From: a virus
IMG/VR virus record: IMGVR_UViG_3300032605_000009
Span: 1-64,000 of that record
Length of the DNA: 64,000 nt
Reading direction: 5' to 3' (one strand)
Positions 55,699 through 64,000 of the stretch are shown piece by piece. The notes beneath the pieces are model-generated. The model saw only the letters and a program-made list of their open reading frames with translations. It made no database searches and was not told where the DNA came from. Both the position numbers and the translations under genes were made by a program. Position 1 is the first letter of the stretch; each line of letters opens with the position of its first letter.

Positions 55699-57675
55699 AT
55701 GGGGTTAATTCTTACTAAAGAAGAACTAGATGAGATGGTTGCTTACTATCTAACACAAGACGCTTTTGCTTACGATGTGGAAACAATGGGAGATCGCCGA
55801 GGCGATACTCCAGTAAACGATGTAGTGTGGATTAGCTTTGCCACATATGGCCGTGTAGATGTTATTCCTATGGGTCATCCTAATGGAGAGTTTATAGGCT
55901 TAGACCGCCCGTTAACTGGTCAGGGCCAAAAGCGTGTAGACGCTGGACATGCTCCTCGTGAAAGCGATTACTCTCGCAGTGATAAGCGAGCAACAAAACT
56001 ATTCTCACCTGCTCCAGAACAACTGTTCCCAGCAGAGGTATTCAAGGCGCTAGAGCCTTTAATGTTTAACGATAAGATTCTTAAGGTCGGGCATAACCTA
56101 GCCTTCGACCTTACTTCAGTTGCTAAGTACCTAGGTAAGCGTGTGCCTGTAGGCCCTTACTTTGACACTATGATTGCCTCGTTCCTGTACAACACACAGA
56201 ATAAAGGTAAGTGCGGACTTGCTGATTGCTTGAAGCGTGAGATCGGCTACGAGATGGTCAAGGGCGTCGGTAAAGAGATTGAAGCCCACTCATTCCTAGA
56301 GACATATAAGTACGCTGCTTTGGATGCTAAGTACACCTTCTTGCTATGGAAAGCTTTAATCCCTAAGCTAGAAGAGTCAGGCGTCGAGAAGGTAATGAAC
56401 CTAGAGATGGATGTACTGGCAGTTCTTTGCGATATGAAGCTTACTGGTGCTCCGATTGATATGGACAGCCTTACAAAGCTTCAGATCACACTAGAAGCTG
56501 AACTAGAGATCAAGCGTGCTTCTATCTACAAGCAAGCTGGTCGTCAGTTCAACATCAACTCTATTCCAGAACGTCAAGAGCTTTTATACAAGCCTAAGAT
56601 TGAGGGCGGTCGTGGTCTTAAGACCAAGGTACTCACTACAAAGGGCCAAGAAAAGAGCGATGAGGGTAAGGAACTACTTTACACAGACTACTCCACCTCC
56701 TCAGAAGCACTGGCTGAGAACAAGGAGAAGGACGAGCTTTGTAAATTGCTCGTAGAGTACGCAGATCTTAACAAGTTGCTTACTACTTATGTGATTCCAT
56801 ACCTAGGTGGGGACGTAACCAAGACCACTGGCGGTAAGTCTAAGACCGAGTACCGTGACAGCCTGTTAATCAATGGCCGTATTCATTGCGACTTTGTGCA
56901 GAACGGTGCGGAGACTGGTCGTTTCTCCAGCCGTAATCCAAACCTACAGAACGTCCCTAGTCCTGCTACTGCTCACGGTAAGGCGATTCGTAATCTCTTT
57001 ATCCCACCAGTGGGGCAAAAGCTAGTAGTCGCCGATTACTCTCAGATTGAACCTCGTATCATTGCTGACTTCTCTCATGACCCAATCATGGTTAAGTCAT
57101 ACCTAGATAAAGAGGATATCTACATGACTGTAGCGGCTACCATGGGCGTTAACCGTGCTGCTGGTAAGACCCTAGTCTTATCCATGGCCTACGGCGTAGG
57201 TCCTGACAAGATAGCCCGCAGTATTGGCTGTACCAACACAGAGGCTAAAAAGCTTCTTAACGACTTCGCTGAAAAATTCTCCGCCGTTGGCCTGTATAAG
57301 TTAAGAGTCATCGGGGTAGCCCGTAAGCGTAAGTATGTAGTCACTGCCACAGGGCGCCGTCGCTACCTTCCAGATATCGTATCCAGTAACCGTGAGAAGA
57401 AGGCGGGTGCTGAGCGCCAGGCCTTCAATACTGTGATCCAAGGCACAGCTGCCGACATCATGAAGATAGCCATGGTCCGTGCTCATAAGATGATTCCAGA
57501 AGGTGCTAAGATACTCCTCACAGTGCACGATGAACTTGTGACTTCCTGCCCAGAGCACTTAGCTGAACAGACTGCCGAGGCCATTCGTGAAGCAATGGAA
57601 GGCGTAAAGATGCTCAAGACTATTCCGCTTATCGCGGATGTGAAGATAGTGGATAAGTGGGGTATGGCTAAGTAA
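55699..57675 (+). CDS. polA: DNA polymerase family A with 3'-5' exonuclease
   Basis: YDVET, GHNLAFD, YAALDA, TGRFSS.NPNLQN, ADYSQIE, QGTAAD, VHDE. Confidence 0.95.
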   Translation: MGLILTKEELDEMVAYYLTQDAFAYDVETMGDRRGDTPVNDVVWISFATYGRVDVIPMGHPNGEFIGLDRPLTGQGQKRVDAGHAPRESDYSRSDKRATKLFSPAPEQLFPAEVFKALEPLMFNDKILKVGHNLAFDLTSVAKYLGKRVPVGPYFDTMIASFLYNTQNKGKCGLADCLKREIGYEMVKGVGKEIEAHSFLETYKYAALDAKYTFLLWKALIPKLEESGVEKVMNLEMDVLAVLCDMKLTGAPIDMDSLTKLQITLEAELEIKRASIYKQAGRQFNINSIPERQELLYKPKIEGGRGLKTKVLTTKGQEKSDEGKELLYTDYSTSSEALAENKEKDELCKLLVEYADLNKLLTTYVIPYLGGDVTKTTGGKSKTEYRDSLLINGRIHCDFVQNGAETGRFSSRNPNLQNVPSPATAHGKAIRNLFIPPVGQKLVVADYSQIEPRIIADFSHDPIMVKSYLDKEDIYMTVAATMGVNRAAGKTLVLSMAYGVGPDKIARSIGCTNTEAKKLLNDFAEKFSAVGLYKLRVIGVARKRKYVVTATGRRRYLPDIVSSNREKKAGAERQAFNTVIQGTAADIMKIAMVRAHKMIPEGAKILLTVHDELVTSCPEHLAEQTAEAIREAMEGVKMLKTIPLIADVKIVDKWGMAK

Positions 57676-58166
57676 TGGGCTTCTTCGATAAGTTTAAGCG
57701 CGATAGAGACCAAGAGGTAACTCTTGAGTCTATTGAGATCCCTATGTCAACACTCGCACGCTGGTACTTGTATGACATGCAGATTGAAAACCCAGAGGTT
57801 ATTGCTTCTGACTTAGGTCTTGTTAACATCAGTGAAGAGGGTTCAGAAAAGGAACGTCAAGATAGCGATGACCGCATTGCTATGTTGTCTGGTGTTTCGG
57901 AGTTCGCAGAGATGATGGCGGAGATAAACGCCTCAGTAATCGGCGCAGTTAAGTCACGCATTGTGGAAGAGTGCATCAGCAACGGTACATTAGAACTAGA
58001 TGAGGAAGAGTTAGAGCTCCTCTACGATCAAATGGAACTGACAGATGACCTTTCACACAGTATTGGGCTTAGTGCTATTATGGCTACATTATCAATAGGA
58101 ATTAACACAGGGCTGCTCCAACTAGGACCAGCATGGGCAACTGAAGGGCACAAACATGAGCACTGA
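57675..58166 (+). CDS. hypothetical protein
   Basis: TAATG coupling. Confidence 0.65.
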   Translation: MGFFDKFKRDRDQEVTLESIEIPMSTLARWYLYDMQIENPEVIASDLGLVNISEEGSEKERQDSDDRIAMLSGVSEFAEMMAEINASVIGAVKSRIVEECISNGTLELDEEELELLYDQMELTDDLSHSIGLSAIMATLSIGINTGLLQLGPAWATEGHKHEH

Positions 58167-58563
58167 CTGGTGGTCAAAAAAGATGGGCGCACCTGCTGCC
58201 CCACGTCAACCTCTACCTCCTGCACTTCCCCCGCAGCAATATCAAGCACCTGCGCCCACTAACCCTGGTTACGCAGTAGTCAACCCTACTGTTGAAATAA
58301 CTCCACAGGTTCTTCCTAAGAGCGCACTTAACCCTGTGCGATGTCCTGCATGTAATGGTGGTAACTATCCAAAGGTAGGTATGGGTACCTCACAGAATGG
58401 TAGCTTTGACGTTCACCGCTGCTACGATTGCGGTTACCCAAAGGTGCAAGCTGGCTCAGGCGTTGGTACTGTAGGCGGTAGTTCCTCAGGAGGTCCAGCA
58501 ACACCTGCAAAACAAGTTGCTACAGGCGGATTTAACCCTACGACTATCATTGGACATATTTAA
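58156..58563 (+). CDS. Pro-rich Zn-ribbon protein
   Basis: CPAC..RCYDCGYP. Confidence 0.7.
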   Translation: MSTDWWSKKMGAPAAPRQPLPPALPPQQYQAPAPTNPGYAVVNPTVEITPQVLPKSALNPVRCPACNGGNYPKVGMGTSQNGSFDVHRCYDCGYPKVQAGSGVGTVGGSSSGGPATPAKQVATGGFNPTTIIGHI

Positions 58564-59624
58564 TGGCTACAGCAGAACTAGACAAGTTTGTACTAAAGAT
58601 CAATAAGAAGCTTGGCCCAGGAACTATCGTTCGTGGCTCAGAGATTCGTGACAACCTACTAGAGCGATTCCCTAGCGGTTCATTGTCCCTAGACGTAGCG
58701 CTGGGTGGCGGTTGGACTGTTAACCAATGGCACGAAATCGTTGGAGAAGCTTCCAATGGCAAGACTGCTATTGCGCTAAAGACCATCGCTGCTAACCAAA
58801 AGCGTGACCCTGAATTCACTACTGTATGGATTGCTGCAGAGCAGTGGGTTCCTCAGTACGCTGAGATGTGCGGAGTAGATACCTCACGTGTGTATGTAAT
58901 CTCTACCAACATCATGGAAGATGCCATGGACGCCGTCATCGAGTTGGCTGAGAGCCGCAACGTAGACTGCATCGTTATTGACTCACTTCCAGCCCTAGTA
59001 CCTAGTGCTGAGGATGATCGTGAGATGGGAGAGTCAACTGTTGGTCGTGGCGCTATCGCCTCTAACAAGTTCTTCCGCAAGGTTGGTAAGGCGTCTAAGC
59101 GCAGCCTAATAGACGAGTCTGACCGCCCATTTATCGGAATTATGATCAACCAGTACCGCCAGAAGATCGGCGTTATGTATGGAGATCCTCGCACTACCCC
59201 AGGCGGACTAGGTAAGGACTACTCGTTCTTTACCCGTATTGAGGTAAAGCGCGATGACTGGATCGAGGTCGGCACAGGCGATAGCAAGCGCCGTGTAGGT
59301 CAGACCATCAAGATCCGTACCCTTAAGAACAAGTCTTCAGCCATCAATCCACCAGCATTTATAGACTTCTATTTTGCTGAGGGTGGAGAACTACTTCCAG
59401 GTGATTTTGATATCGGCAAGGAGATTGTAGCCTTGGGTATCCTAAACAAGATCATCACCCGTGCTGGTGCGTACTACAGCTATGGAGATAGAAAGTGGAT
59501 GGGTGGAGATGCTATCCTTAAGTCACTGAGAGAAGAAATAGATCTACGCGAAACACTTGAGAAGGACGTCCTAAGAAGCGTCTTGGAGAGCTCAAAGTTT
59601 GTCGCCTCACTCGATGAAGAGTAA
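58563..59624 (+). CDS. recA: RecA/UvsX recombinase
   Basis: SGSLSLDVALGGG, GEASNGKT, VIDSL, INQYR, TPGG. Confidence 0.95.
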   Translation: MATAELDKFVLKINKKLGPGTIVRGSEIRDNLLERFPSGSLSLDVALGGGWTVNQWHEIVGEASNGKTAIALKTIAANQKRDPEFTTVWIAAEQWVPQYAEMCGVDTSRVYVISTNIMEDAMDAVIELAESRNVDCIVIDSLPALVPSAEDDREMGESTVGRGAIASNKFFRKVGKASKRSLIDESDRPFIGIMINQYRQKIGVMYGDPRTTPGGLGKDYSFFTRIEVKRDDWIEVGTGDSKRRVGQTIKIRTLKNKSSAINPPAFIDFYFAEGGELLPGDFDIGKEIVALGILNKIITRAGAYYSYGDRKWMGGDAILKSLREEIDLRETLEKDVLRSVLESSKFVASLDEE

Positions 59625-59952
59625 GGGACAACGAGAGTCAAGGAAACACGAGGACCGACTCGCTAAAAAGTTTGACGGGAAGCGCAACGCTGGGAGCGGT
59701 GCTTTTTGGAGTCGTAAGGGTGATGTCAGAACTGATGAGCTTTTAATCGAGCACAAGTGGACTGGCAAAACTCAGTTCACCGTCAAAGCGGTGGAGCTGG
59801 AAAAGATTGTCACAGAAGCAATTCTTGATAGTCGAACGCCTGTCCTTGGATTTCATCTGAACGGCAATAACTACGTTATGCTGACAGAAGATGACTATAT
59901 GGAGCTCCGCCATTACCTCCAGGAGTGTACGTGTACAAGGGAGACCCCCTAG
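59614..59952 (+). CDS. PD-(D/E)xK nuclease (Hjc-like resolvase)
   Basis: E..A..GSGA..KGDV..LIEHK. Confidence 0.75.
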   Translation: MKSKGQRESRKHEDRLAKKFDGKRNAGSGAFWSRKGDVRTDELLIEHKWTGKTQFTVKAVELEKIVTEAILDSRTPVLGFHLNGNNYVMLTEDDYMELRHYLQECTCTRETP

Positions 59953-60239
59953 ATCGTTGGTACTACCACGCTAAGTGCTTCAATGAAGACACTGAGATAT
60001 TCTTTCCTCCTAGAGACAAAGCGTTGTATAAGCCTATTGCTGATAAGGCAAAGGCCATTTGCTTTGGTAAGGACGGAAGACCAGAGTGCTCAGTACGAAG
60101 AGAATGTCTGCTGTCTGCTATAAAGTTAGATGAGCAACACGGAATCTTTGGCGGCATGAGCCACAGAGAAAGAAACGCTTTACAACGTAAGGCGGCTCGT
60201 AATAATATGACCATTGAAGAGTGGTTAGATAAAAACTAG
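59931..60239 (+). CDS. whiB: WhiB-family transcription factor
   Basis: Four Cys, FFP, AKAIC, GIFGG..ER. Confidence 0.92.
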   Translation: MYKGDPLDRWYYHAKCFNEDTEIFFPPRDKALYKPIADKAKAICFGKDGRPECSVRRECLLSAIKLDEQHGIFGGMSHRERNALQRKAARNNMTIEEWLDKN

Positions 60240-60249
60240 GGGAGACTAA

Positions 60250-61107
60250 ATGGCACAGAAGCCAAAGGGCGCACTAAAGCAGTTCTTAGATACTACTAAG
60301 AAGGAATCTAGAGTACTAGGGAAGCTAGAGCGTCACTTCCTAGCCACACCCCGCATCAAGGATCGTCGCACCGACGTCTTGCACCCATCTGAGATGGCTA
60401 AGGACAGCTGGTGTTATCGAGCCTCCTATTTTCATCTTATGGGCTTTGAGCCAGCATCAGCTAAGCGCAAGCTATCTATGCAGACTGATGGCGTATTTGA
60501 AGAAGGCCATGCCATCCACCATAAGTGGCAGAAGCGCTTTAAGAACATGAACGCTATATATGGTCTCTGGGAGTGCCGAGAGTGTGATGAGTCCTTCTGG
60601 GGCATGCCAGGAGACCATAACGGCAATCCTGACGGCGTTGTCTATAAAGAGGTCCCACTAGATTACCCACAGATGCGTATTGCTGGCCACGCTGATGGCT
60701 GGCTGACAGAGTTCGGTGATCCACTACTACTTGAGATTAAGTCAGTTGGAGAAGGAACCATCCGCTGGGAAGATCCATCCATGCTTTACAAGTACGATGG
60801 CGATTTCAAGAAGGTATGGGCTAACTTAGAGTCCCCATTCCAAAGCCACATTATGCAAGCTCAGATCTACATGAAGTTGATTGAGCTAATTGGTTTCGAC
60901 CAACCAGCACCTCAGGAGGCTTGTTTCATCTACGAGTCAAAGCCTACACAGGAGTACAAAGAGTTCATTATTCCTAAGAGCGACTTCGGCATAACAGAGA
61001 AGTTCGACGCAGCGCAAATGATTGTTGATGCAGTTGGCAAAGGTACCCCACCTATGTGTAATATAGGCGGTCCAGAACTATGCAGCAGTTGTAAGGAGTA
61101 CAAGTGA
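60250..61107 (+). CDS. Cas4-like/PD-(D/E)xK exonuclease
   Basis: HPSE..C, G..IH, GHADG, LEIKS, QAQIY, C-terminal Cys cluster. Confidence 0.8.
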   Translation: MAQKPKGALKQFLDTTKKESRVLGKLERHFLATPRIKDRRTDVLHPSEMAKDSWCYRASYFHLMGFEPASAKRKLSMQTDGVFEEGHAIHHKWQKRFKNMNAIYGLWECRECDESFWGMPGDHNGNPDGVVYKEVPLDYPQMRIAGHADGWLTEFGDPLLLEIKSVGEGTIRWEDPSMLYKYDGDFKKVWANLESPFQSHIMQAQIYMKLIELIGFDQPAPQEACFIYESKPTQEYKEFIIPKSDFGITEKFDAAQMIVDAVGKGTPPMCNIGGPELCSSCKEYK

Positions 61108-61580
61108 TTACCCTCAACACAGGTGAAGCAAGTGCAGAGGCAGTTGCTAAGCTAACTATTCAAGGATACGGAGCGGCTACTACCTACAACGATAGTATTC
61201 CTAGCATCCCTGATGACCTTACAGATATTGACGACCAAGAACTAATGAAGTTATTCCAGCACTTTGTTGAGTACAACAACTTTCTACTGCTACAGATCTC
61301 ATGTGCTCGCATTGATGAAGAGGCTGCAACTAAAGTATTAGAGCGCTTCGAAGCATCGAAAATGATTGATGCAGTTAAGGGTGAAACCGTTGCTCGTACT
61401 AAAGCTAAGACAGCTTCTGACCCTGTAGGGCAAAAGCTTGATGATGAGCTAGCAGTACGCCGTAACTACCACACCCTGCTTAAGAGCATCCAAGATGGCG
61501 TAAATGAAAGCACCAAGGTAATCAGCCGTGAACTGTCACGCCGTACAGCGAACCCTGGGTTTACGAGCCGTAAATTCTAA
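61104..61580 (+). CDS. hypothetical coiled-coil protein
   Basis: SRELSRR C-terminus. Confidence 0.65.
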   Translation: MITLNTGEASAEAVAKLTIQGYGAATTYNDSIPSIPDDLTDIDDQELMKLFQHFVEYNNFLLLQISCARIDEEAATKVLERFEASKMIDAVKGETVARTKAKTASDPVGQKLDDELAVRRNYHTLLKSIQDGVNESTKVISRELSRRTANPGFTSRKF

Positions 61581-62116
61581 TGAAGGTATTTGACGGAGGT
61601 ATAGATCTGTCTGAGCCTTTATATGTTGGTATAGACCAGTCGTATAGCGGGTTTGCAATAACCATGCTAAATGGCACTGGGCACAGAACAACAGTGTTTA
61701 AGGCAGGTAAAGGTGGGATTAACCGCCTGTATGACCTTCGCCATCATCTAGTAAGTACTTTAGAGCATAAAGATATATTGGACGTAGCCATAGAAGGCTA
61801 TGCCTTTGGCTCACAGATGGCTAATATGCTTGGTGAACTAGGCGGAATGGTAAAGCTGGCCTTGTTAGACCTAGGTCCTTATTACCCACTCATAGTTCCA
61901 CCAACTAGCCTTAAGAAGTATGTAACAGGCAAGGGCACAGGCGTTCCTAAGAGCCAAATGCTATTACAGGTTTACAAGGTCTGGGGGCAAGAGTTCACAG
62001 ATGACAACGCGGCTGATTCGTATTCCTTAGCAAAGTTAGTGTCGGGTGAGGCTAAGTTTGCCTATCAAAAAGAGGTGTATGCTAAGCTTCAGGATCCAAA
62101 GTTTAGGGAGAGATAA
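61580..62116 (+). CDS. RuvC-like Holliday junction resolvase
   Basis: VGIDQS, IEGY, LKKYVTGKG..K, DNAADS. Confidence 0.85.
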   Translation: MKVFDGGIDLSEPLYVGIDQSYSGFAITMLNGTGHRTTVFKAGKGGINRLYDLRHHLVSTLEHKDILDVAIEGYAFGSQMANMLGELGGMVKLALLDLGPYYPLIVPPTSLKKYVTGKGTGVPKSQMLLQVYKVWGQEFTDDNAADSYSLAKLVSGEAKFAYQKEVYAKLQDPKFRER

Positions 62117-62404
62117 ATGGCCTCAAAGAAGAATTTAAAGAAGAAGATCAGTGAGCTAGAAGCTGAAGTTTATATGGCTAGACAAATGCGTGATTCTTGG
62201 CATAGAGCAGCAGAGTTTAATAAACAGGAGATGCAAGAGTGGCGTAAGAAGTACGAGCTCTCACAGCTAACCCCAGAAGTTAAAGCAGATACTGAAGCCG
62301 CCTTTAAGCGCGGAGGCGCGTTCGTTAAACAGCAGATGATGACTGGCCTACGTTCTATGGTAGAGGCGCTAGAGATCAACCCTCCTACAGGTCAAAGCCG
62401 TTGA
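62117..62404 (+). CDS. hypothetical protein
   Basis: ORF track; SD GGAG. Confidence 0.6.
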   Translation: MASKKNLKKKISELEAEVYMARQMRDSWHRAAEFNKQEMQEWRKKYELSQLTPEVKADTEAAFKRGGAFVKQQMMTGLRSMVEALEINPPTGQSR

Positions 62405-62592
62405 ATGAGTTAGACCTACCACGGCCCGAAGACGTTAACTTCGGAGGCATGAGGCGCAAAGAGCAGACAGCCTACTACCATGAGCGAGTCAGAGAATTAC
62501 TAAGCCTGGTTTTAGAGTCAGATGATTTGCCCGAGAAATTTCGCCACGCATTAGAAATAATTAATGACTACACCTTCTACCTAGGAGACTGA
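62401..62592 (+). CDS. hypothetical protein
   Basis: ORF track, overlap coupling. Confidence 0.5.
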   Translation: MNELDLPRPEDVNFGGMRRKEQTAYYHERVRELLSLVLESDDLPEKFRHALEIINDYTFYLGD

Positions 62593-62593
62593 T

Positions 62594-62743
62594 ATGCCAG
62601 AAGAGTTTGAAGAGGACCTATTCGATGAAGACCTCTCTGAAGAGGGCATTGATTGGGAAGATGACTGGGAAGATATGGAGCCTCTAGACGAGAGCTTATT
62701 CGAGGATGAGCTCGAGGACGAAGAGGACGATGAGGTCGATTAG
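62594..62743 (+). CDS. hyper-acidic small protein, 49 aa
   Basis: SD AGGAG; MPEEFEEDLFDEDLSEEGIDWEDDWEDMEPLDESLFEDELEDEEDDEVD. Confidence 0.65.
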   Translation: MPEEFEEDLFDEDLSEEGIDWEDDWEDMEPLDESLFEDELEDEEDDEVD

Positions 62744-62948
62744 AGAGTTAAAGCCAGACTACACGGGCACCATGGACTACGCAGAGGTCATCTGCCATGA
62801 GTGCCCTAAGTGTGAGTCTAACCTCTGGAACCTCAAGGTATCCTTTGAGGACTACAAGATAGCCACATACCTTTTGGAGATGGAATGTGCCATTTGTGGA
62901 TCGTATGCCACGGCTCCAACCTTGGTGGATAAACCTAACACTCTGTGA
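62730..62948 (+). CDS. Zn-ribbon protein
   Basis: CPKC..CAICG. Confidence 0.65.
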   Translation: MRSIRELKPDYTGTMDYAEVICHECPKCESNLWNLKVSFEDYKIATYLLEMECAICGSYATAPTLVDKPNTL

Positions 62949-63028
62949 GGTTTAGGCTGAAAAACCTCACATAAAACCTCACACTTATTAGACCGTAGTA
63001 CTAATCGTCTAATATATAAGAGGTCTAA

Positions 63029-63316
63029 ATGTCTGAAGTAACCCCTGCTCCAGAGGAGCAATTCCTGCGTGTTTCAGCAGGTTCTAATCCACAGGCTGTA
63101 GCATCGGCTATCGCCCACTCAATCTATGAGACTCGCACCTGTAAAATTCGTGCGGTTGGCGCTGGTGCCGTTAATCAGGCTACTAAGGCTATTGCCATTG
63201 CCCGAGGATATACGGCCCCTAGAGGTATTGATATCGCCTATGTTCCAGGCTTTACAACCATCCAAAGCCATGACGGCGAGATTTCAGCGATAGTTTTAAC
63301 CGTTATTGTCCTGTAA
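63029..63316 (+). CDS. spoVS: SpoVS-family (Alba-like) protein
   Basis: LRVSAGSNP.AVA.AIA..IRAVGAGAVNQATKAIAIARG..P.F. Confidence 0.9.
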   Translation: MSEVTPAPEEQFLRVSAGSNPQAVASAIAHSIYETRTCKIRAVGAGAVNQATKAIAIARGYTAPRGIDIAYVPGFTTIQSHDGEISAIVLTVIVL

Positions 63317-63357
63317 GGCTGATACAGTTATTTAACCCCCTTTGCAAAGGAAATCAT

Positions 63358-63684
63358 ATGTCAGAGAAAGAACCAAAGAGCGCGTTTTCAACCATGGGAA
63401 CTAGCGCCTCATCAGGATTCAAGGACGCCTCAGCTGAGACCTCTAAGAACACCAAGCTAGTTAAGAAGGGCAACGCTGCAGCAGGAGACCCATCCCGCGA
63501 AGCTAAGCCAGCACGTAAGGAAAGCCTTCGTGAGAAGCAAGGTGCACGTTACGCAATTCGCGTAAAGCTACCTGGTGGCACATCTCCAGAAGCAGGACAG
63601 ACACAGGCTAATGGACGGATCATTCCTCCAGCAGTCAACCGTACAAAGCCTAACTTCTCAGATGGAATGGCTGATCACAACTAA
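63358..63684 (+). CDS. basic hypothetical protein
   Basis: SD AAGGA. Confidence 0.65.
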   Translation: MSEKEPKSAFSTMGTSASSGFKDASAETSKNTKLVKKGNAAAGDPSREAKPARKESLREKQGARYAIRVKLPGGTSPEAGQTQANGRIIPPAVNRTKPNFSDGMADHN

Positions 63685-63699
63685 CATCTAGTTTTACCT

Positions 63700-63730
63700 A
63701 AGGCCCCTAGCTAACGCTGGGGGCCTTTTG
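63700..63730 (+). terminator. intrinsic terminator
   Basis: AAGGCCCCTAGC-TAAC-GCTGGGGGCCTT then TTG. Confidence 0.8.
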
Positions 63731-63829
63731 CATGCCATGCAAGATTAAAAAACAGTTTCGTGTTGTTGTCCAAACGTTTCAATATGTGTTATGATTAACA
63801 TGCAACTGTCCACTAGATGAGGGAAACAC

Positions 63830-64000
63830 ATGGATACAGCATTAAAAGCCGAATTCGCATCAATCCTAGCAGGGGCCAAGCGCTGTCCTGTAGGTCAGTG
63901 GTTAGACACACTAGACAAGGAAGAGCGCGAGTTCTTTGATAAAGACATTCTGCCCACTCAGACACGACGCCAAGCACTGCTGGAAAAGTTACAGGAAGTC
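63830..64000 (+). CDS. hypothetical protein, 3'-truncated
   Basis: Promoter-like TTGTCC..TATGAT, SD GAGGG, frame open to the window end. Confidence 0.55.
   Translation, partial: MDTALKAEFASILAGAKRCPVGQWLDTLDKEEREFFDKDILPTQTRRQALLEKLQEV

Noticed and set aside
60250-61107. CRISPR-Cas system
   Set aside because: A solo Cas4-like nuclease in a recombination cluster; no array or other cas genes.
1-64000. tRNA genes, inteins, integrase
   Set aside because: No cloverleaf or T-loop signature was seen in the short intergenic gaps. TerL, DnaB, PolA and RecA have normal lengths. No recombinase motif was recognised. This was checked by eye only.

Overview
A 64-kb segment of a tailed dsDNA phage genome with a contractile (myovirus-type) tail. 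The host is very likely an Actinobacterium, given the WhiB gene, leaderless genes and an actinobacterial SLT transglycosylase. The moderate GC fits low-GC or freshwater lineages (inference). Gene order: fibre/adhesin genes, lysis genes, terminase, portal, scaffold, N4-gp56-type capsid, neck genes interleaved with Gly-X-Gln collagen-like fibres and an inverted glyco-modification island, small Lys-rich proteins, then sheath, tube, tape measure and baseplate. The replication and recombination block follows (initiator, DnaC-like loader, DnaB, primase, dNMP kinase, SNF2, SSB, PolA, RecA, WhiB, Cas4-like, RuvC-like, SpoVS). The most striking signal is in the essential portal gene, which is interrupted after codon 51 by a 7-nt coding gap (TAT-TAG-T-TAC). 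The gap has matched Tyr take-off and landing codons around a stop, and lies directly behind a probable homing-endonuclease remnant and a stretch of atypical codons. This is a candidate miniature T4 gene 60/mobA-like translational-bypass cassette. Other candidates are a +1 (UUU_CGC) tail-chaperone frameshift, an SD-occluding pseudoknot before the polymerase, an anti-SD small RNA, a repeated TGTCGACA palindrome and a phage-specific promoter motif. All family calls come from motif recognition by eye; no searches were run.
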